Shown piece by piece: positions 8,833 through 25,576 of a stretch of DNA of 64,000 nucleotides. The DNA comes from an uncultured Spartobacteria bacterium (lineage in GTDB: Bacteria > Verrucomicrobiota > Verrucomicrobiia > Chthoniobacterales > JAATET01), in the NCBI GenBank assembly GCA_938011325.1, contig CALLUD010000002.1:39367-103366 (forward strand), written 5' to 3'. A program made the position numbers and the translations under genes. A model generated the notes under the pieces. The model was given only the letters and a program-made list of their open reading frames with translations. It was not told the origin of the DNA and ran no database searches. Each line of letters begins with the position of its first letter. The first letter of the stretch is position 1.

Positions 8833-9456
8833 ATGAGCACTGTCGCCCTCGACTCCCACGACACGCAGCATCATGGCGCCCCCCCGGCGACCTGCAAATT
8901 CGGCATGATCATCTTCCTCATTTCGGAAGCCATGCTCTTTGCCGGGTTGATCGCGGGCTACATTGTCCTCCGCGGCGCACATCCGGGCGACTGGCCGCCG
9001 GCGGGTTATCCCGACATTCAGGTGCAGTGGCCGCTCACCACGATGAACATCGTGATGATCGTCAACTCGATCATCCTGATCGGTTCGAGCTTTACCTATC
9101 ACTTTGCCGAAGCCGCGGTGAGCAAGGGGAAGTCCGGAATCCTGTGGCTCATTGCCACGCTCATTCTCGGCTCCATCTTCCTTTCCGTGCAGGGATGGGA
9201 GTGGGTGCATCTGAAACACGAGGGTCTTTGGTGGGATCAGGGCCTCATCTACGGATCGTGCTTCTTCGCCATCACCGGCTTCCACGGCATGCACGTTTTT
9301 GTCGGCCTGCTGCTGATCCTCTGGATTCTGCTCAAGCAGACGTTCACCGGCTGCTTCACGCCCCAGCGGCATGCTGCGATGGCCAACGTCGGCCTTTACT
9401 GGCACTTCGTCGACGCGGTCTGGATCGTCGTCTACACGTCGCTATACGTGATCTGA
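8833..9456 (+). CDS. ctaE: cytochrome c oxidase subunit III
   Basis: Five TM helices, the motif FFAITGFHGMHVFVGLLLI, and WHFVDAVWIVVY at the C-terminus. Confidence 0.9.
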   Translation: MSTVALDSHDTQHHGAPPATCKFGMIIFLISEAMLFAGLIAGYIVLRGAHPGDWPPAGYPDIQVQWPLTTMNIVMIVNSIILIGSSFTYHFAEAAVSKGKSGILWLIATLILGSIFLSVQGWEWVHLKHEGLWWDQGLIYGSCFFAITGFHGMHVFVGLLLILWILLKQTFTGCFTPQRHAAMANVGLYWHFVDAVWIVVYTSLYVI

Positions 9457-9460
9457 CGGA

Positions 9461-10108
9461 ATGGATTCGCCGAAGCGGATCCCGCGCATAGGCTGGGTCA
9501 TTGCGTTCATCGCGGCCACGGCCCTGCTCGGCATGGTGTGGGTGAATCTCAAGGGAACCCGCCCAAGCGACAAGCAGGCGCTGCCCGTGCTGGCCACCGT
9601 GCCGGAGTTTTCCTTCACGTCGCAGACGGGGAAAACGGTGACCCGTGAGGATCTTCTCGGAAAAATCTGGGTGGCCAATTTCATCTTCACCCGGTGCCCG
9701 GGGCCGTGCCCGATGATGACGAGCCGCATGGCCGAGCTGCAGGCGGCGGTCGAGAAGGCGGGTGGAAACGTGCATCTGGTCAGCGTGTCGGTTGACCCGG
9801 AACACGACACGCCGGAGGTGCTGACGAAATACGGCGAGCGCTTTGGCGCGAATCCCCAGTGGTGGACGTTTCTGACCGGGCCACGCGCTCAGATTGACGA
9901 GTTTGTCACGAAGGGGATGTTGCTGCCGCTCGCGCGGGACGGCGAGGGTGTGCCGACGCATTCACAGAAGTTTCTCGTGATCGACGAGGAGGGGCGCATT
10001 CGCAGCTTTCACGAGCTTGACGACGGCGAGTTGATCCCGAAAGTTCTCATGGACATCGGAGCCCTCATTCGGGAGGCTTCGAAAAAGAAGACCACCACCG
10101 GATCATGA
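9461..10108 (+). CDS. SCO1/SenC-family copper chaperone
   Basis: N-terminal anchor and a thioredoxin fold with FIFTRCPGPCP (CxxxC) plus a downstream His (PTHSQKF). Confidence 0.9.
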   Translation: MDSPKRIPRIGWVIAFIAATALLGMVWVNLKGTRPSDKQALPVLATVPEFSFTSQTGKTVTREDLLGKIWVANFIFTRCPGPCPMMTSRMAELQAAVEKAGGNVHLVSVSVDPEHDTPEVLTKYGERFGANPQWWTFLTGPRAQIDEFVTKGMLLPLARDGEGVPTHSQKFLVIDEEGRIRSFHELDDGELIPKVLMDIGALIREASKKKTTTGS

Positions 10109-10359
10109 GCCGCATTTTTCGCCTTTTGCTGATTGCCTGCGTGCTGGGTCTTGTCCCGGTCGAGGCGGTGTGGGCGTGCCCGGGCTGCAGCCAGGTGAGT
10201 GAGGCGGTCGGGAGGGCGGAACCGGAGACGGTGAAGGCCGGGCTGGCACTTTCGTGGAGCGTGCTGTTCCTGCTCGGTGTGGTGGGCGGAGTCTTCAGTT
10301 TCCTCGGCGTTTACATCGCGCGCACGGTTGCCCGGCTTGAGCGCGATTCGGAGGTTTAG
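10105..10359 (+). CDS. 84-aa membrane protein with CPGC motif, unknown function
   Basis: N-terminal hydrophobic segment ending AVWA, followed by CPGC, and a C-terminal TM (LALSWSVLFLLGVVGGVFSFLGVYI). ATGA overlap with SCO. Confidence 0.55.
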   Translation: MSRIFRLLLIACVLGLVPVEAVWACPGCSQVSEAVGRAEPETVKAGLALSWSVLFLLGVVGGVFSFLGVYIARTVARLERDSEV

Positions 10360-10368
10360 CTCGCTTTA

Positions 10369-10776
10369 ATGGAGTCCGCATCGCGATCCGGTCTGGAGCA
10401 TCCGGGTATTCTCGACGCCTTTGCCCACGACACGCGGACCGACCGTGTGGTGCTGGCCATGTTCGAGACGCGGCCCTGGACCCTCGGCGATTTGCAGGCC
10501 TTCCAGCTTCAGGAGAAGTTGAATGCCTACGCGTCCTTCGTGCTCGACGGAGAGTTCGAGGAGCAGTTCCCGGAGCTGGTGGGCAAGCGGGTTTGCATCC
10601 AGCTGCGCACGGTTTACGAGCCCGATGAACGGACGCTCGGCTTTCTGGCCCAGGTGCGCGAGCAGTTGAGCTTTCAGGACATCGATCTCGAGACGGTCCT
10701 TATTTCCCTCGATGAGGCGCCGGAACCGCCCGAAGGGAACGGGGGCTGCGGTTCCGGTTGCGGCTGCCGCCACTGA
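10369..10776 (+). CDS. acidic cytoplasmic hypothetical protein with Cys-rich C-terminal tail
   Basis: 135-aa ORF with no signal peptide, ending GNGGCGSGCGCRH. I recognise no family. Confidence 0.5.
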   Translation: MESASRSGLEHPGILDAFAHDTRTDRVVLAMFETRPWTLGDLQAFQLQEKLNAYASFVLDGEFEEQFPELVGKRVCIQLRTVYEPDERTLGFLAQVREQLSFQDIDLETVLISLDEAPEPPEGNGGCGSGCGCRH

Positions 10777-10888
10777 TCCCGTGCGGTCTCGCAATTTCTT
10801 CGAAAACGCGACTTGACCGCTGCGGGAAAGTTCGCCAAATTCCTCGTTCTTTTTCCCGCTGCGCGCAGCGAACCCTTTTTATACAGTC

Positions 10889-11314
10889 ATGGCCAAAGAA
10901 GTCGTCGCAACCATCAAGCTCCAGATTCCGGCAGGGCAGGCGAATCCCGCGCCGCCGGTCGGTCCCGCCCTCGGTCAGCAGGGTGTCAACATCATGGGCT
11001 TCTGCAAGGAGTTCAATGCCGCCACGCAGAAGCAGGCGGGCGACATCCTTCCGGTGGTGATCACCGTTTACAAGGACAAGAGTTTCACCTTCATCACCAA
11101 GAACCCGCCGGCGGGCGTGCTGCTCAAGAAGGCCGCCAACATCGCAGCGGGGTCCAAGGAGCCCAACAAGAACAAGGTCGCCAAGCTCACCAAGAAGCAG
11201 GTGATGGACATCGTGAAGGTCAAGATCGCCGACATGAACACGACGAACGAGGAGGCCGCCTTCCGGACGCTGTGCGGCACCGCCCGCCAGATGGGCATCG
11301 AGGTCGTCGACTGA
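10889..11314 (+). CDS. rplK: 50S ribosomal protein L11
   Basis: [22 protein letters not shown]. Confidence 0.97.
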   Translation: MAKEVVATIKLQIPAGQANPAPPVGPALGQQGVNIMGFCKEFNAATQKQAGDILPVVITVYKDKSFTFITKNPPAGVLLKKAANIAAGSKEPNKNKVAKLTKKQVMDIVKVKIADMNTTNEEAAFRTLCGTARQMGIEVVD

Positions 11315-11372
11315 TTTTAAACCCAATACATCGCAGGAGACCCTCCCCGGGTCGCAGGCACTGCAACAAACC

Positions 11373-12074
11373 ATGCAAAAGAAACGCAGCAAACGTTACC
11401 GCGCGGCCGCCGAGCTGGTGGACGCGAAGAAGAAATACGCGCTGAGTGACGCGGTGAAGCTCCTCAAGACGCTTCCGCCCACGAAGTTCGATCAGACCGT
11501 GACGCTCTCCTTCAAGCTGGGCGTCGATCCCCGGCAGAGCGACCAGATGGTTCGCGGCACGTGTCCGCTCCCGCACGGCAGCGGCAAGACCGTTCGAGTG
11601 CTGGTCTTTGCGACCGGCGCCGCCGCCGAGGCCGCCAAGGAAGCGGGTGCCGAATACGTCGGATTTGAGGATCTCATCAAGAAGGTCCAGGGCGGTTTCC
11701 AGGATTTTGACGTCGCGGTGGCCACGCCGGCCGCCATGGCGGAGGTTCGCAAGCTGGGCAAGGTGCTCGGACCGCGCGGCCTGATGCCGAACCCGAAGAC
11801 GGGCACGGTTACCGAAGACACCGCCGAGGCGGTGAAGGCGGTGAAGGCGGGGCGCGTCGAGTTCAAGCTCGACAAGAACGCGAACATCGCCGTCCCGGTT
11901 GGCAAGTTCTCCTTCAACGAGGAAGCGCTCACGGAAAATGGCGCCGCGGTGATCGAGGCGGTCGTCAAGGCCCGCCCGGCCACGGCCAAGGGTGCGTTTG
12001 TCGAGGCGATCACCCTCGCCGCGACGATGTCCCCGGGCCTTGCGCTCGATCCCGCACCCTTCCTCAAAAACTAA
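11373..12074 (+). CDS. rplA: 50S ribosomal protein L1
   Basis: KFDQTVTLSFKLGVDPRQSDQMVRG...GLMPNPKTGTVT. Confidence 0.97.
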   Translation: MQKKRSKRYRAAAELVDAKKKYALSDAVKLLKTLPPTKFDQTVTLSFKLGVDPRQSDQMVRGTCPLPHGSGKTVRVLVFATGAAAEAAKEAGAEYVGFEDLIKKVQGGFQDFDVAVATPAAMAEVRKLGKVLGPRGLMPNPKTGTVTEDTAEAVKAVKAGRVEFKLDKNANIAVPVGKFSFNEEALTENGAAVIEAVVKARPATAKGAFVEAITLAATMSPGLALDPAPFLKN

Positions 12075-12107
12075 CGGCCTCTCGACCACAACCCATCGCT
12101 TCGAACC

Positions 12108-12629
12108 ATGAGACCTGAGAAAGCCACCATCGTCGAGGACCTCAACGAGCGCTTCAAATCGTCGCCGTTTTTGATCGTCGCCGAATACACCGGCATGACC
12201 GTTCCGCATTTCGCGGAGCTCCGCAGCCGCCTCGCGAGCAAGGGCGCGCGCATCCAAGTCGTCAAGAACAGCTTCGTGAAGATCGCGGCCCGCGAGCTCG
12301 GATTCCCGAGCCTCGCCGACTGCCTCAAGGGCCAGAATGCCGTCGTCACGGGTGACGCCGACATCTGCGCCGCCGCGAAGGTGCTCAAGACCTTCCACAA
12401 GGAATTTGACAAGCCGGTCCTCAAGGCCGGTGTTCTGGACAATGCTCCGCTGACAGTTGAGCAGATCACCGCGCTGGCCGAGCTTCCGCCCAAGGAAGTG
12501 CTCCAGGCGCAGCTCCTCGGACTGCTCCTCCAGCCGGCGACGCAACTTGTCCGCACGCTCAACGAGCCGGGCGCCAGCCTCGCTCGAGTGCTGCAGGCCA
12601 AGGCCGACCAAATGGGAGGCGCGGCCTAA
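12108..12629 (+). CDS. rplJ: 50S ribosomal protein L10
   Basis: Position between rplA and rplL; FLIVAEYTGMTV...LRSRL...VKNSF. Confidence 0.93.
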   Translation: MRPEKATIVEDLNERFKSSPFLIVAEYTGMTVPHFAELRSRLASKGARIQVVKNSFVKIAARELGFPSLADCLKGQNAVVTGDADICAAAKVLKTFHKEFDKPVLKAGVLDNAPLTVEQITALAELPPKEVLQAQLLGLLLQPATQLVRTLNEPGASLARVLQAKADQMGGAA

Positions 12630-12770
12630 CGAAAACCCTTTCGCGACGCGACAGAAGCCACGCGCTGCGAGCACAACACAACAATCGGTTCCTCGTCGGG
12701 GTTCGCGGCTGCGGACTCTTAAATGCCCTGAGGCTTCGGGGCGCGACGATACCAACCCGTTAAAAAAACC

Positions 12771-13157
12771 ATGGCAGATACATCTGAACTCGTCGACAAG
12801 CTCAGCGGACTCACCGTCCTTGAGATTGCGGACCTCGTGAAACAGCTCGAAGAGAAGTGGGGCGTTAGCGCCGCTGCTCCGGTTGCCGTTGCGGCAGCTG
12901 GCCCGGCCGCTGGTGGTGGTGAAGCCGCCGCTGCGGAGGAGAAGACCAGCTTCGACGTCATCCTCACCGACGCTGGTTCCAACAAGATCGCGGTCATCAA
13001 GGAAGTTCGCGCTGCGGTTGCCGGCCTGGGGCTCGCGGAGGCCAAGGCTCTCGTCGAGAGCGCACCGAAGGCCCTCAAGGAGGGCGTGACCAAGGAAGAG
13101 GCGGAGGAGATCAAGAAGAAGATCGAAGCCGCCGGCGCCAAGGTCGAGATCAAGTAA
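12771..13157 (+). CDS. rplL: 50S ribosomal protein L7/L12
   Basis: Ala-rich hinge, then [28 protein letters not shown]. Confidence 0.97.
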   Translation: MADTSELVDKLSGLTVLEIADLVKQLEEKWGVSAAAPVAVAAAGPAAGGGEAAAAEEKTSFDVILTDAGSNKIAVIKEVRAAVAGLGLAEAKALVESAPKALKEGVTKEEAEEIKKKIEAAGAKVEIK

Positions 13158-13174
13158 CACTCCAAAATCCGTTG

Positions 13175-13229
13175 CCGAAGCGGGAGGTGGTCAAAATTTC
13201 TCGGAAAATTTTGATTGCCTCCCCTTCGG
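13175..13229 (+). other. long imperfect RNA hairpin in the rplL-rpoB spacer (possible processing site)
   Basis: About 27 paired positions. These comprise 13175-13199 against 13206-13229, with a 6-nt loop CTCGGA, one bulge and three G-U pairs. No T-tract follows. Confidence 0.4.
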
Positions 13230-13305
13230 TGCGGAAATACTTTCTCCATTCACCCTTTTGCCCAAGGTCCTGAGTCAGCGATTACGCGCCGCCGCCAGTC
13301 CGATT

Positions 13306-13351
13306 CCCGCAAAGGCGAAATCCCTTCGTCGTGCGGGCTTTTTGCGTTTTT
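13306..13351 (+). terminator. intrinsic terminator/attenuator between rplL and rpoB
   Basis: The CCCGCA/TGCGGG stem has an inner AAGG/CCTT extension. It is followed by CTTTTTGCGTTTTT. Confidence 0.5.
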
Positions 13352-13421
13352 CACTGGCTGCGACTCGCACTCGTTCCAAGGAACGGGCAACTGAGTAACG
13401 ACTCATACCCTGCATCTGCCC

Positions 13422-17222
<3,801 letters not shown>

Positions 17223-17248
17223 TCGACGGCTACACCAATTATTAGATT

Positions 17249-21358
<4,110 letters not shown>

Positions 21359-21373
21359 AAACAGAGACGGGCA

Positions 21374-22111
21374 ATGACGACACAATCTTCCAAAATGGAA
21401 ATGATGACCGAACTCCTGGAGGCCGGAGTGCATTACGGCCACCAAACGAAACGATGGAATCCCAAGATGAAGGATTTCATCTTCGAGGAAAAAAACAGCA
21501 TCTACATCATCGACCTCGCCAAGACGGTCGAGCAGCTCGAGGCGGCGACCCAGTTCCTTCACAACCTCGTGAAGGGCGGCGGACGCGTGCTCTTCGTGGG
21601 ATGCAAGAAGCAGGCGCAGGAGGCCGTGAAGGAGGCCGCGAAGGCGAGCGGCCAGTTCTACGTGAACCAGCGCTGGCTCGGTGGCACGCTCACCAATCTC
21701 CAGACCATTCGCAAGAGCGTGAAGCGCTATCGCGAGATCGAGGAGATCGAGAAGTCGCCGAATCACAATGGTCTCGGCAAGAAGGAGTTTGCCGCCATCA
21801 GCCGTGAACGCCAGCGCCTCCAGAAAAATCTCGAAGGCCTGCTGGACATGGACAAGCTGCCCGACGCGCTGGTCGTGATCGACACGAACCGCGAGGCGAT
21901 CGCGGTTGCGGAGGCGAACCGACTCGGCGTGCCGATTGTGGCCATCGTCGACACCAACTGCGATCCGGAGCAGGTAAGCTATCCGATCGCCGGCAATGAC
22001 GACGCGATTCGTTCGATCCGCGTGATCCTGCAGAAGTTGGTGGACGCCATCATGAGCGCCAAGACTTCGCAGAGCCGGCAGGATACCGATCTCGCCGCCG
22101 TCGCGGAATAG
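21374..22111 (+). CDS. rpsB: 30S ribosomal protein S2
   Basis: LLEAGVHYGHQTKRWNPKM...VDTNCDP. Confidence 0.97.
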   Translation: MTTQSSKMEMMTELLEAGVHYGHQTKRWNPKMKDFIFEEKNSIYIIDLAKTVEQLEAATQFLHNLVKGGGRVLFVGCKKQAQEAVKEAAKASGQFYVNQRWLGGTLTNLQTIRKSVKRYREIEEIEKSPNHNGLGKKEFAAISRERQRLQKNLEGLLDMDKLPDALVVIDTNREAIAVAEANRLGVPIVAIVDTNCDPEQVSYPIAGNDDAIRSIRVILQKLVDAIMSAKTSQSRQDTDLAAVAE

Positions 22112-22207
22112 GGCGGACTCGTTCCGCAACCAGGGTTCAAGAGCTTCCCGCGACGGGGGAAGCCGGCCCTTCTTTCAATCAATCAATCTGTAGCACTTAC
22201 CAAACTC

Positions 22208-22834
22208 ATGGCAGAAGTAACACCGGCCCTCGTTAAGGAGCTCCGCGAGAAAACCAACGCGGGCATGATGGACTGCAAGCGCGCGCTCGACGAGGCGGGA
22301 GGCGACATCAACAAGGCGGAGGAGATTCTTCGCAAGAAGGGAATCGCCGGCGCGTCCAAGAAATCCGCGCGTGCGGCGAAGGAGGGCGTCATTGCCTCCT
22401 ACATCCACATGCAGGGCAAGGTGGGCGTGCTCGTGGAGGTCAACTGCGAGACGGACTTCGTGGCGAAGAACGAAATCTTCAAGGAGTTCGTGAAGGACAT
22501 CACGCTCCACATCGCCGCGGCGAATCCGATTTGCGTTTCCCGCGAGCAGATTGATCCCGCGTTGATCGAGAAGGAGCGCGAGATCTACCGTGCGCAGGTC
22601 CAGAACAAGCCGGCGAACATTGTCGAGAAGATCGTCGACGGCAAGGTGGACAAGTTTTGCAGCACCGTCTGCCTGATGGAGCAGGGCTTCATCAAGAACC
22701 CCGACGTCACCATCAAGGATTACCTGAACAGCAAGATCGCCGAGCTGGGGGAAAACATTCGCATCCGTCGCTTTGTCCGCTACATGGTGGGTGAGGATCT
22801 GGAAGGTGAGTCGAACGAGGAGGGGGCGGAGTAA
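22208..22834 (+). CDS. tsf: translation elongation factor Ts
   Basis: LVKELREKTNAGMMDCKRALDEAGGDINKAEEILRKKG. Confidence 0.97.
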   Translation: MAEVTPALVKELREKTNAGMMDCKRALDEAGGDINKAEEILRKKGIAGASKKSARAAKEGVIASYIHMQGKVGVLVEVNCETDFVAKNEIFKEFVKDITLHIAAANPICVSREQIDPALIEKEREIYRAQVQNKPANIVEKIVDGKVDKFCSTVCLMEQGFIKNPDVTIKDYLNSKIAELGENIRIRRFVRYMVGEDLEGESNEEGAE

Positions 22835-22908
22835 TTCCTTGACCCTGCCCGAACGGGCGGCGTCGAATTGCAACCTTACCTCTCCGGGGAACGAGTGGAG
22901 AAGCAGCT

Positions 22909-23121
22909 ATGAATTATCAACTCCTTGATCAGGCGACCCAAGTCATCGAGAACAAGCAGGTCTTGATCAACCTCGTGTCGCGCCGTGTTCGCCAGCTCAG
23001 CAGCGGCGCCCGTCCTCACGTCGAGGTCGAGCCGCGCATGACGTATGCGGACATCGCGCTGGCCGAGATCCTTGCCGGCAAGCTCATTGTCGGCGAGAAG
23101 AAGGAAGAGGCCGACGAATAG
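22909..23121 (+). CDS. rpoZ: RNA polymerase omega subunit (probable)
   Basis: 70 aa; NKQVLINLVSRRVRQLSSGARP and IALAEILAGKL fit the omega pattern. Confidence 0.65.
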   Translation: MNYQLLDQATQVIENKQVLINLVSRRVRQLSSGARPHVEVEPRMTYADIALAEILAGKLIVGEKKEEADE

Positions 23122-23142
23122 CGGCCAGGCCGCCGGGCGGGT

Positions 23143-23601
23143 ATGTCCGCGGAGATTGCCACCAACCGCAAGGCGCTTCACGATTATCACATCGAGCGCC
23201 GGATCGAGGCGGGGATCGAGCTCCGGGGCACGGAGGTAAAATCGATCCGGGCCGGGCATGTGAATCTCCGCGGCGCCTACGCACGGATCGAGGGTGGCGA
23301 GGCGATCCTTTACGACGTCGACATCCAGCCCTACGAACGGGCGAGCCACGAGCAGCACGAGCCCAAGCGGAAGCGGCGGCTGCTTCTGCATCGCCGCGAA
23401 ATCGATCAGCTTTTTGGGGATTCCAACGTCAGCGGGCGCACGCTCATTCCTCTTCGCCTTTACTGGAAGCAGGGGCGTGTGAAGGTCGAGCTGGGCGTCG
23501 GAAAGGGCAAGCACGCCGCCGACAAGCGGTCCGACCTTCGCAAGAAGGAGGCCGTGCGGGAGGCCGCGCGGGTTGCCGCGGGATTCAACCGCCGGCGTTG
23601 A
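23143..23601 (+). CDS. smpB: SsrA-binding protein
   Basis: ATNRKALHDYHI..GIELRGTEVKSIR...KRKRRLLLHRREI. Confidence 0.96.
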   Translation: MSAEIATNRKALHDYHIERRIEAGIELRGTEVKSIRAGHVNLRGAYARIEGGEAILYDVDIQPYERASHEQHEPKRKRRLLLHRREIDQLFGDSNVSGRTLIPLRLYWKQGRVKVELGVGKGKHAADKRSDLRKKEAVREAARVAAGFNRRR

Positions 23602-23656
23602 GATTTTTCGCGAGATTGACTCGCGTTCGCGGCGGAGCTGGGTTTCCTATGTGGGC

Positions 23657-24409
23657 ATGTCCGTTGTCCGCATTCTCCAGATTTCCCGGGCGTGCCAAGT
23701 CGTTGCGCCCGCGCTATTTGCTCTGCTGATTTCGGGATGTGATCAATTTTCCCTGCCGACCCCTCCGGCCAAGGTGGAGGAGGAGGCGAGGGCGGCTCGA
23801 AACGCGGGTGAGTATCCGAAGGCCGTGTGGCTCTACGAGTCGCTGCTCGACGGAACGCCGGCGACCGCGAAGTTCCATTATGAGCTGGCGCTGATTTACG
23901 ACGACAAGCTGCACGACCCGGTTTCGGCGTTGCACCACTACCGGCGCTACCTGCGCATGTCGGAGGACGAGGCGAGCAAGAAGGAGGTGCGCGATTTCGT
24001 GGCGCGCATCGAGCTCGAGCTGGCTGCGAAGGCCGCGGAAAGCGGGATCATGACCAAGCGCGAGGCGGCCCGTTTGAAAAACCGCAACCTCGAGCTGGAG
24101 GAGGAGAACAGCCGCTTGAAGGCGGAACTCGCGGCCGAGAAGAAGAAGCCGAAGGCGCCCCAGGTGGCCGCGACTCCCGAGCGGGACAAAAAGGGCTTTT
24201 CAACGAATCCGAAGACCGCGGCGGCGGAGAAAGCCGTGGGGAGCGAGACGCGCACCTACACCGTGCAAAAGGGCGACACGCTCGCGAGCATTTCCCGGAA
24301 ATTTTACAACACCTCGCAGCGCTGGAAGGACATTGCCGATGCCAATTACAACCAGCTCCAGGGCAGTGTGGATTTGCGGGTTGGACAGGTATTGATCATC
24401 CCAAAATGA
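23657..24409 (+). CDS. LysM-domain lipoprotein with TPR-like and coiled-coil regions
   Basis: Lipobox LLISGC, a coiled coil [21 protein letters not shown], and a C-terminal Lys[18 protein letters not shown]...GQVLIIP. The start is taken at the M after the smpB overlap. Confidence 0.75.
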   Translation: MSVVRILQISRACQVVAPALFALLISGCDQFSLPTPPAKVEEEARAARNAGEYPKAVWLYESLLDGTPATAKFHYELALIYDDKLHDPVSALHHYRRYLRMSEDEASKKEVRDFVARIELELAAKAAESGIMTKREAARLKNRNLELEEENSRLKAELAAEKKKPKAPQVAATPERDKKGFSTNPKTAAAEKAVGSETRTYTVQKGDTLASISRKFYNTSQRWKDIADANYNQLQGSVDLRVGQVLIIPK

Positions 24410-24452
24410 AATCTCACTTGCTTCAAATGGCAGGGGAAATAGTTTCGCCGTG

Positions 24453-24974
24453 ATGAGCGTCGAGACACCGGTTGCGTATGATTCAAAGGTCGAGGGGAAT
24501 GTGGTTTTCACCCGCCTCGACGCAGCCATCAATTGGATGCGCGGAAATTCCCTGTGGCCAATGCCGATGGGCCTTGCCTGTTGCGCGATTGAGCTCATGG
24601 CGGCGTCCTCCTCGCGGTATGACATCGCGCGTTTCGGCGCGGAGGTGATGCGTTTTTCGCCGCGTCAGTCGGACGTGATGATCGTCGCCGGCACCGTCAC
24701 CTACAAGATGGCGCTGGCCGTGAAGCGAATCTGGGATCAAATGCCCGAGCCGAAGTGGTGCATCGCGATGGGCGCGTGCGCATCGAGCGGCGGGATGTAT
24801 CGCAGCTACGCGGTGCTGCAGGGCATCGATCACCTGCTGCCCGTGGATGTTTACATTTCGGGATGTCCGCCGCGGCCTGAGGCCCTCCTCGATGGACTGA
24901 TGAAATTGCAGAAGAAGATCATGAACGAGCGTGCGATCGAGGATCAGAAGCGCGAACTCGTGGAGAATTTGTGA
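24453..24974 (+). CDS. nuoB: NADH-quinone oxidoreductase subunit B
   Basis: GLACCAIE...[11 protein letters not shown]...ISGCPPRPE (N2 cluster ligands). Confidence 0.95.
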   Translation: MSVETPVAYDSKVEGNVVFTRLDAAINWMRGNSLWPMPMGLACCAIELMAASSSRYDIARFGAEVMRFSPRQSDVMIVAGTVTYKMALAVKRIWDQMPEPKWCIAMGACASSGGMYRSYAVLQGIDHLLPVDVYISGCPPRPEALLDGLMKLQKKIMNERAIEDQKRELVENL

Positions 24975-25576
24975 TGGACGACTTGATCGCGAAACTGGAG
25001 GCGCAGTTTGCCTCCGCGGTGTTGGAGAAAAAGACGTTTCGCGGGGAGACGTCGCTGAGCGTGAAGCCGGAGGCATTTCGGGAAATTGCAAAGTATTGCC
25101 GCGACGTGCTCGGCTTCGATTATCTCGTGGACGTTGCGAGCATCGATCATTTCGAGACGGAGCCGCGCTGGGAAATGGTCTACGAGCTGTATTCCATGAG
25201 CGCCGGCGTGCATCTGCGGCTGAAATATCGCCTCGCGGAGGACGAGCCCGAGGCGCCGACCGTTTCCGACCTGTGGCCGACGGCCAACTGGCACGAGCGC
25301 GAGGTATTCGACATGATGGGAATCCGCTTCAAGGATCATCCCGACCTGCGCCGGATTCTCATGTGGGAGGGCTATCCCTATTTCCCGTTGCGCAAGGACT
25401 TTCCCCTCGAAGGCAAACCGAGCGAAGTGCCCGAAGTCGCCTTCACAAACGTCGCCCCATTGGCTGGCGGGCCGTTTGTCACGGCTCCCACGGATGGCAC
25501 CACGCAAGTGCGCGAGCCGCGGGCCCGGCACCTGCCACCTGCTCCTCCCAAGGATAAATTCATCGCTGAGCCTTGA
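24974..25576 (+). CDS. nuoC: NADH-quinone oxidoreductase subunit C
   Basis: WPTANWHEREVFDMMGIRFKDHPDLRRIL. The start overlaps the nuoB stop. Confidence 0.93.
   Translation: MDDLIAKLEAQFASAVLEKKTFRGETSLSVKPEAFREIAKYCRDVLGFDYLVDVASIDHFETEPRWEMVYELYSMSAGVHLRLKYRLAEDEPEAPTVSDLWPTANWHEREVFDMMGIRFKDHPDLRRILMWEGYPYFPLRKDFPLEGKPSEVPEVAFTNVAPLAGGPFVTAPTDGTTQVREPRARHLPPAPPKDKFIAEP

Noticed and set aside
3335-9405. Other long antisense or alternative-frame ORFs across the oxidase cluster (for example 3335-4957 minus, 4997-6745 minus, 7363-9405 minus, 3184-4389 plus).
   Set aside because: All overlap genes with strong family signatures (GH1, ctaD, ctaA/ctaB/ctaE) and have Arg/Pro/Gly-rich compositions typical of out-of-frame high-GC sequence.
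10813-10869. Possible rplK promoter (TTGACC-N17-CAAATT) and 12-bp palindrome GCTGCGCGCAGC in the rplK leader.
   Set aside because: The -10 match is poor (3/6). Promoter consensus for this phylum is uncertain to me, and 12-bp GC palindromes are expected by chance about a dozen times in a window of this size.
22835-23656. Search for tmRNA (ssrA) or tRNA genes around smpB and in the other intergenic gaps of the window.
   Set aside because: Gaps flanking smpB are only 21-74 nt. The longest non-coding gaps elsewhere are 13158-13421, 41621-41898, 51915-52100, 61397-61580 and 38742-38920. In none of them could I fold an acceptor/T-arm cloverleaf or a tRNA-like end. A covariance-model scan (tRNAscan-SE/Infernal) would be needed to be definitive.
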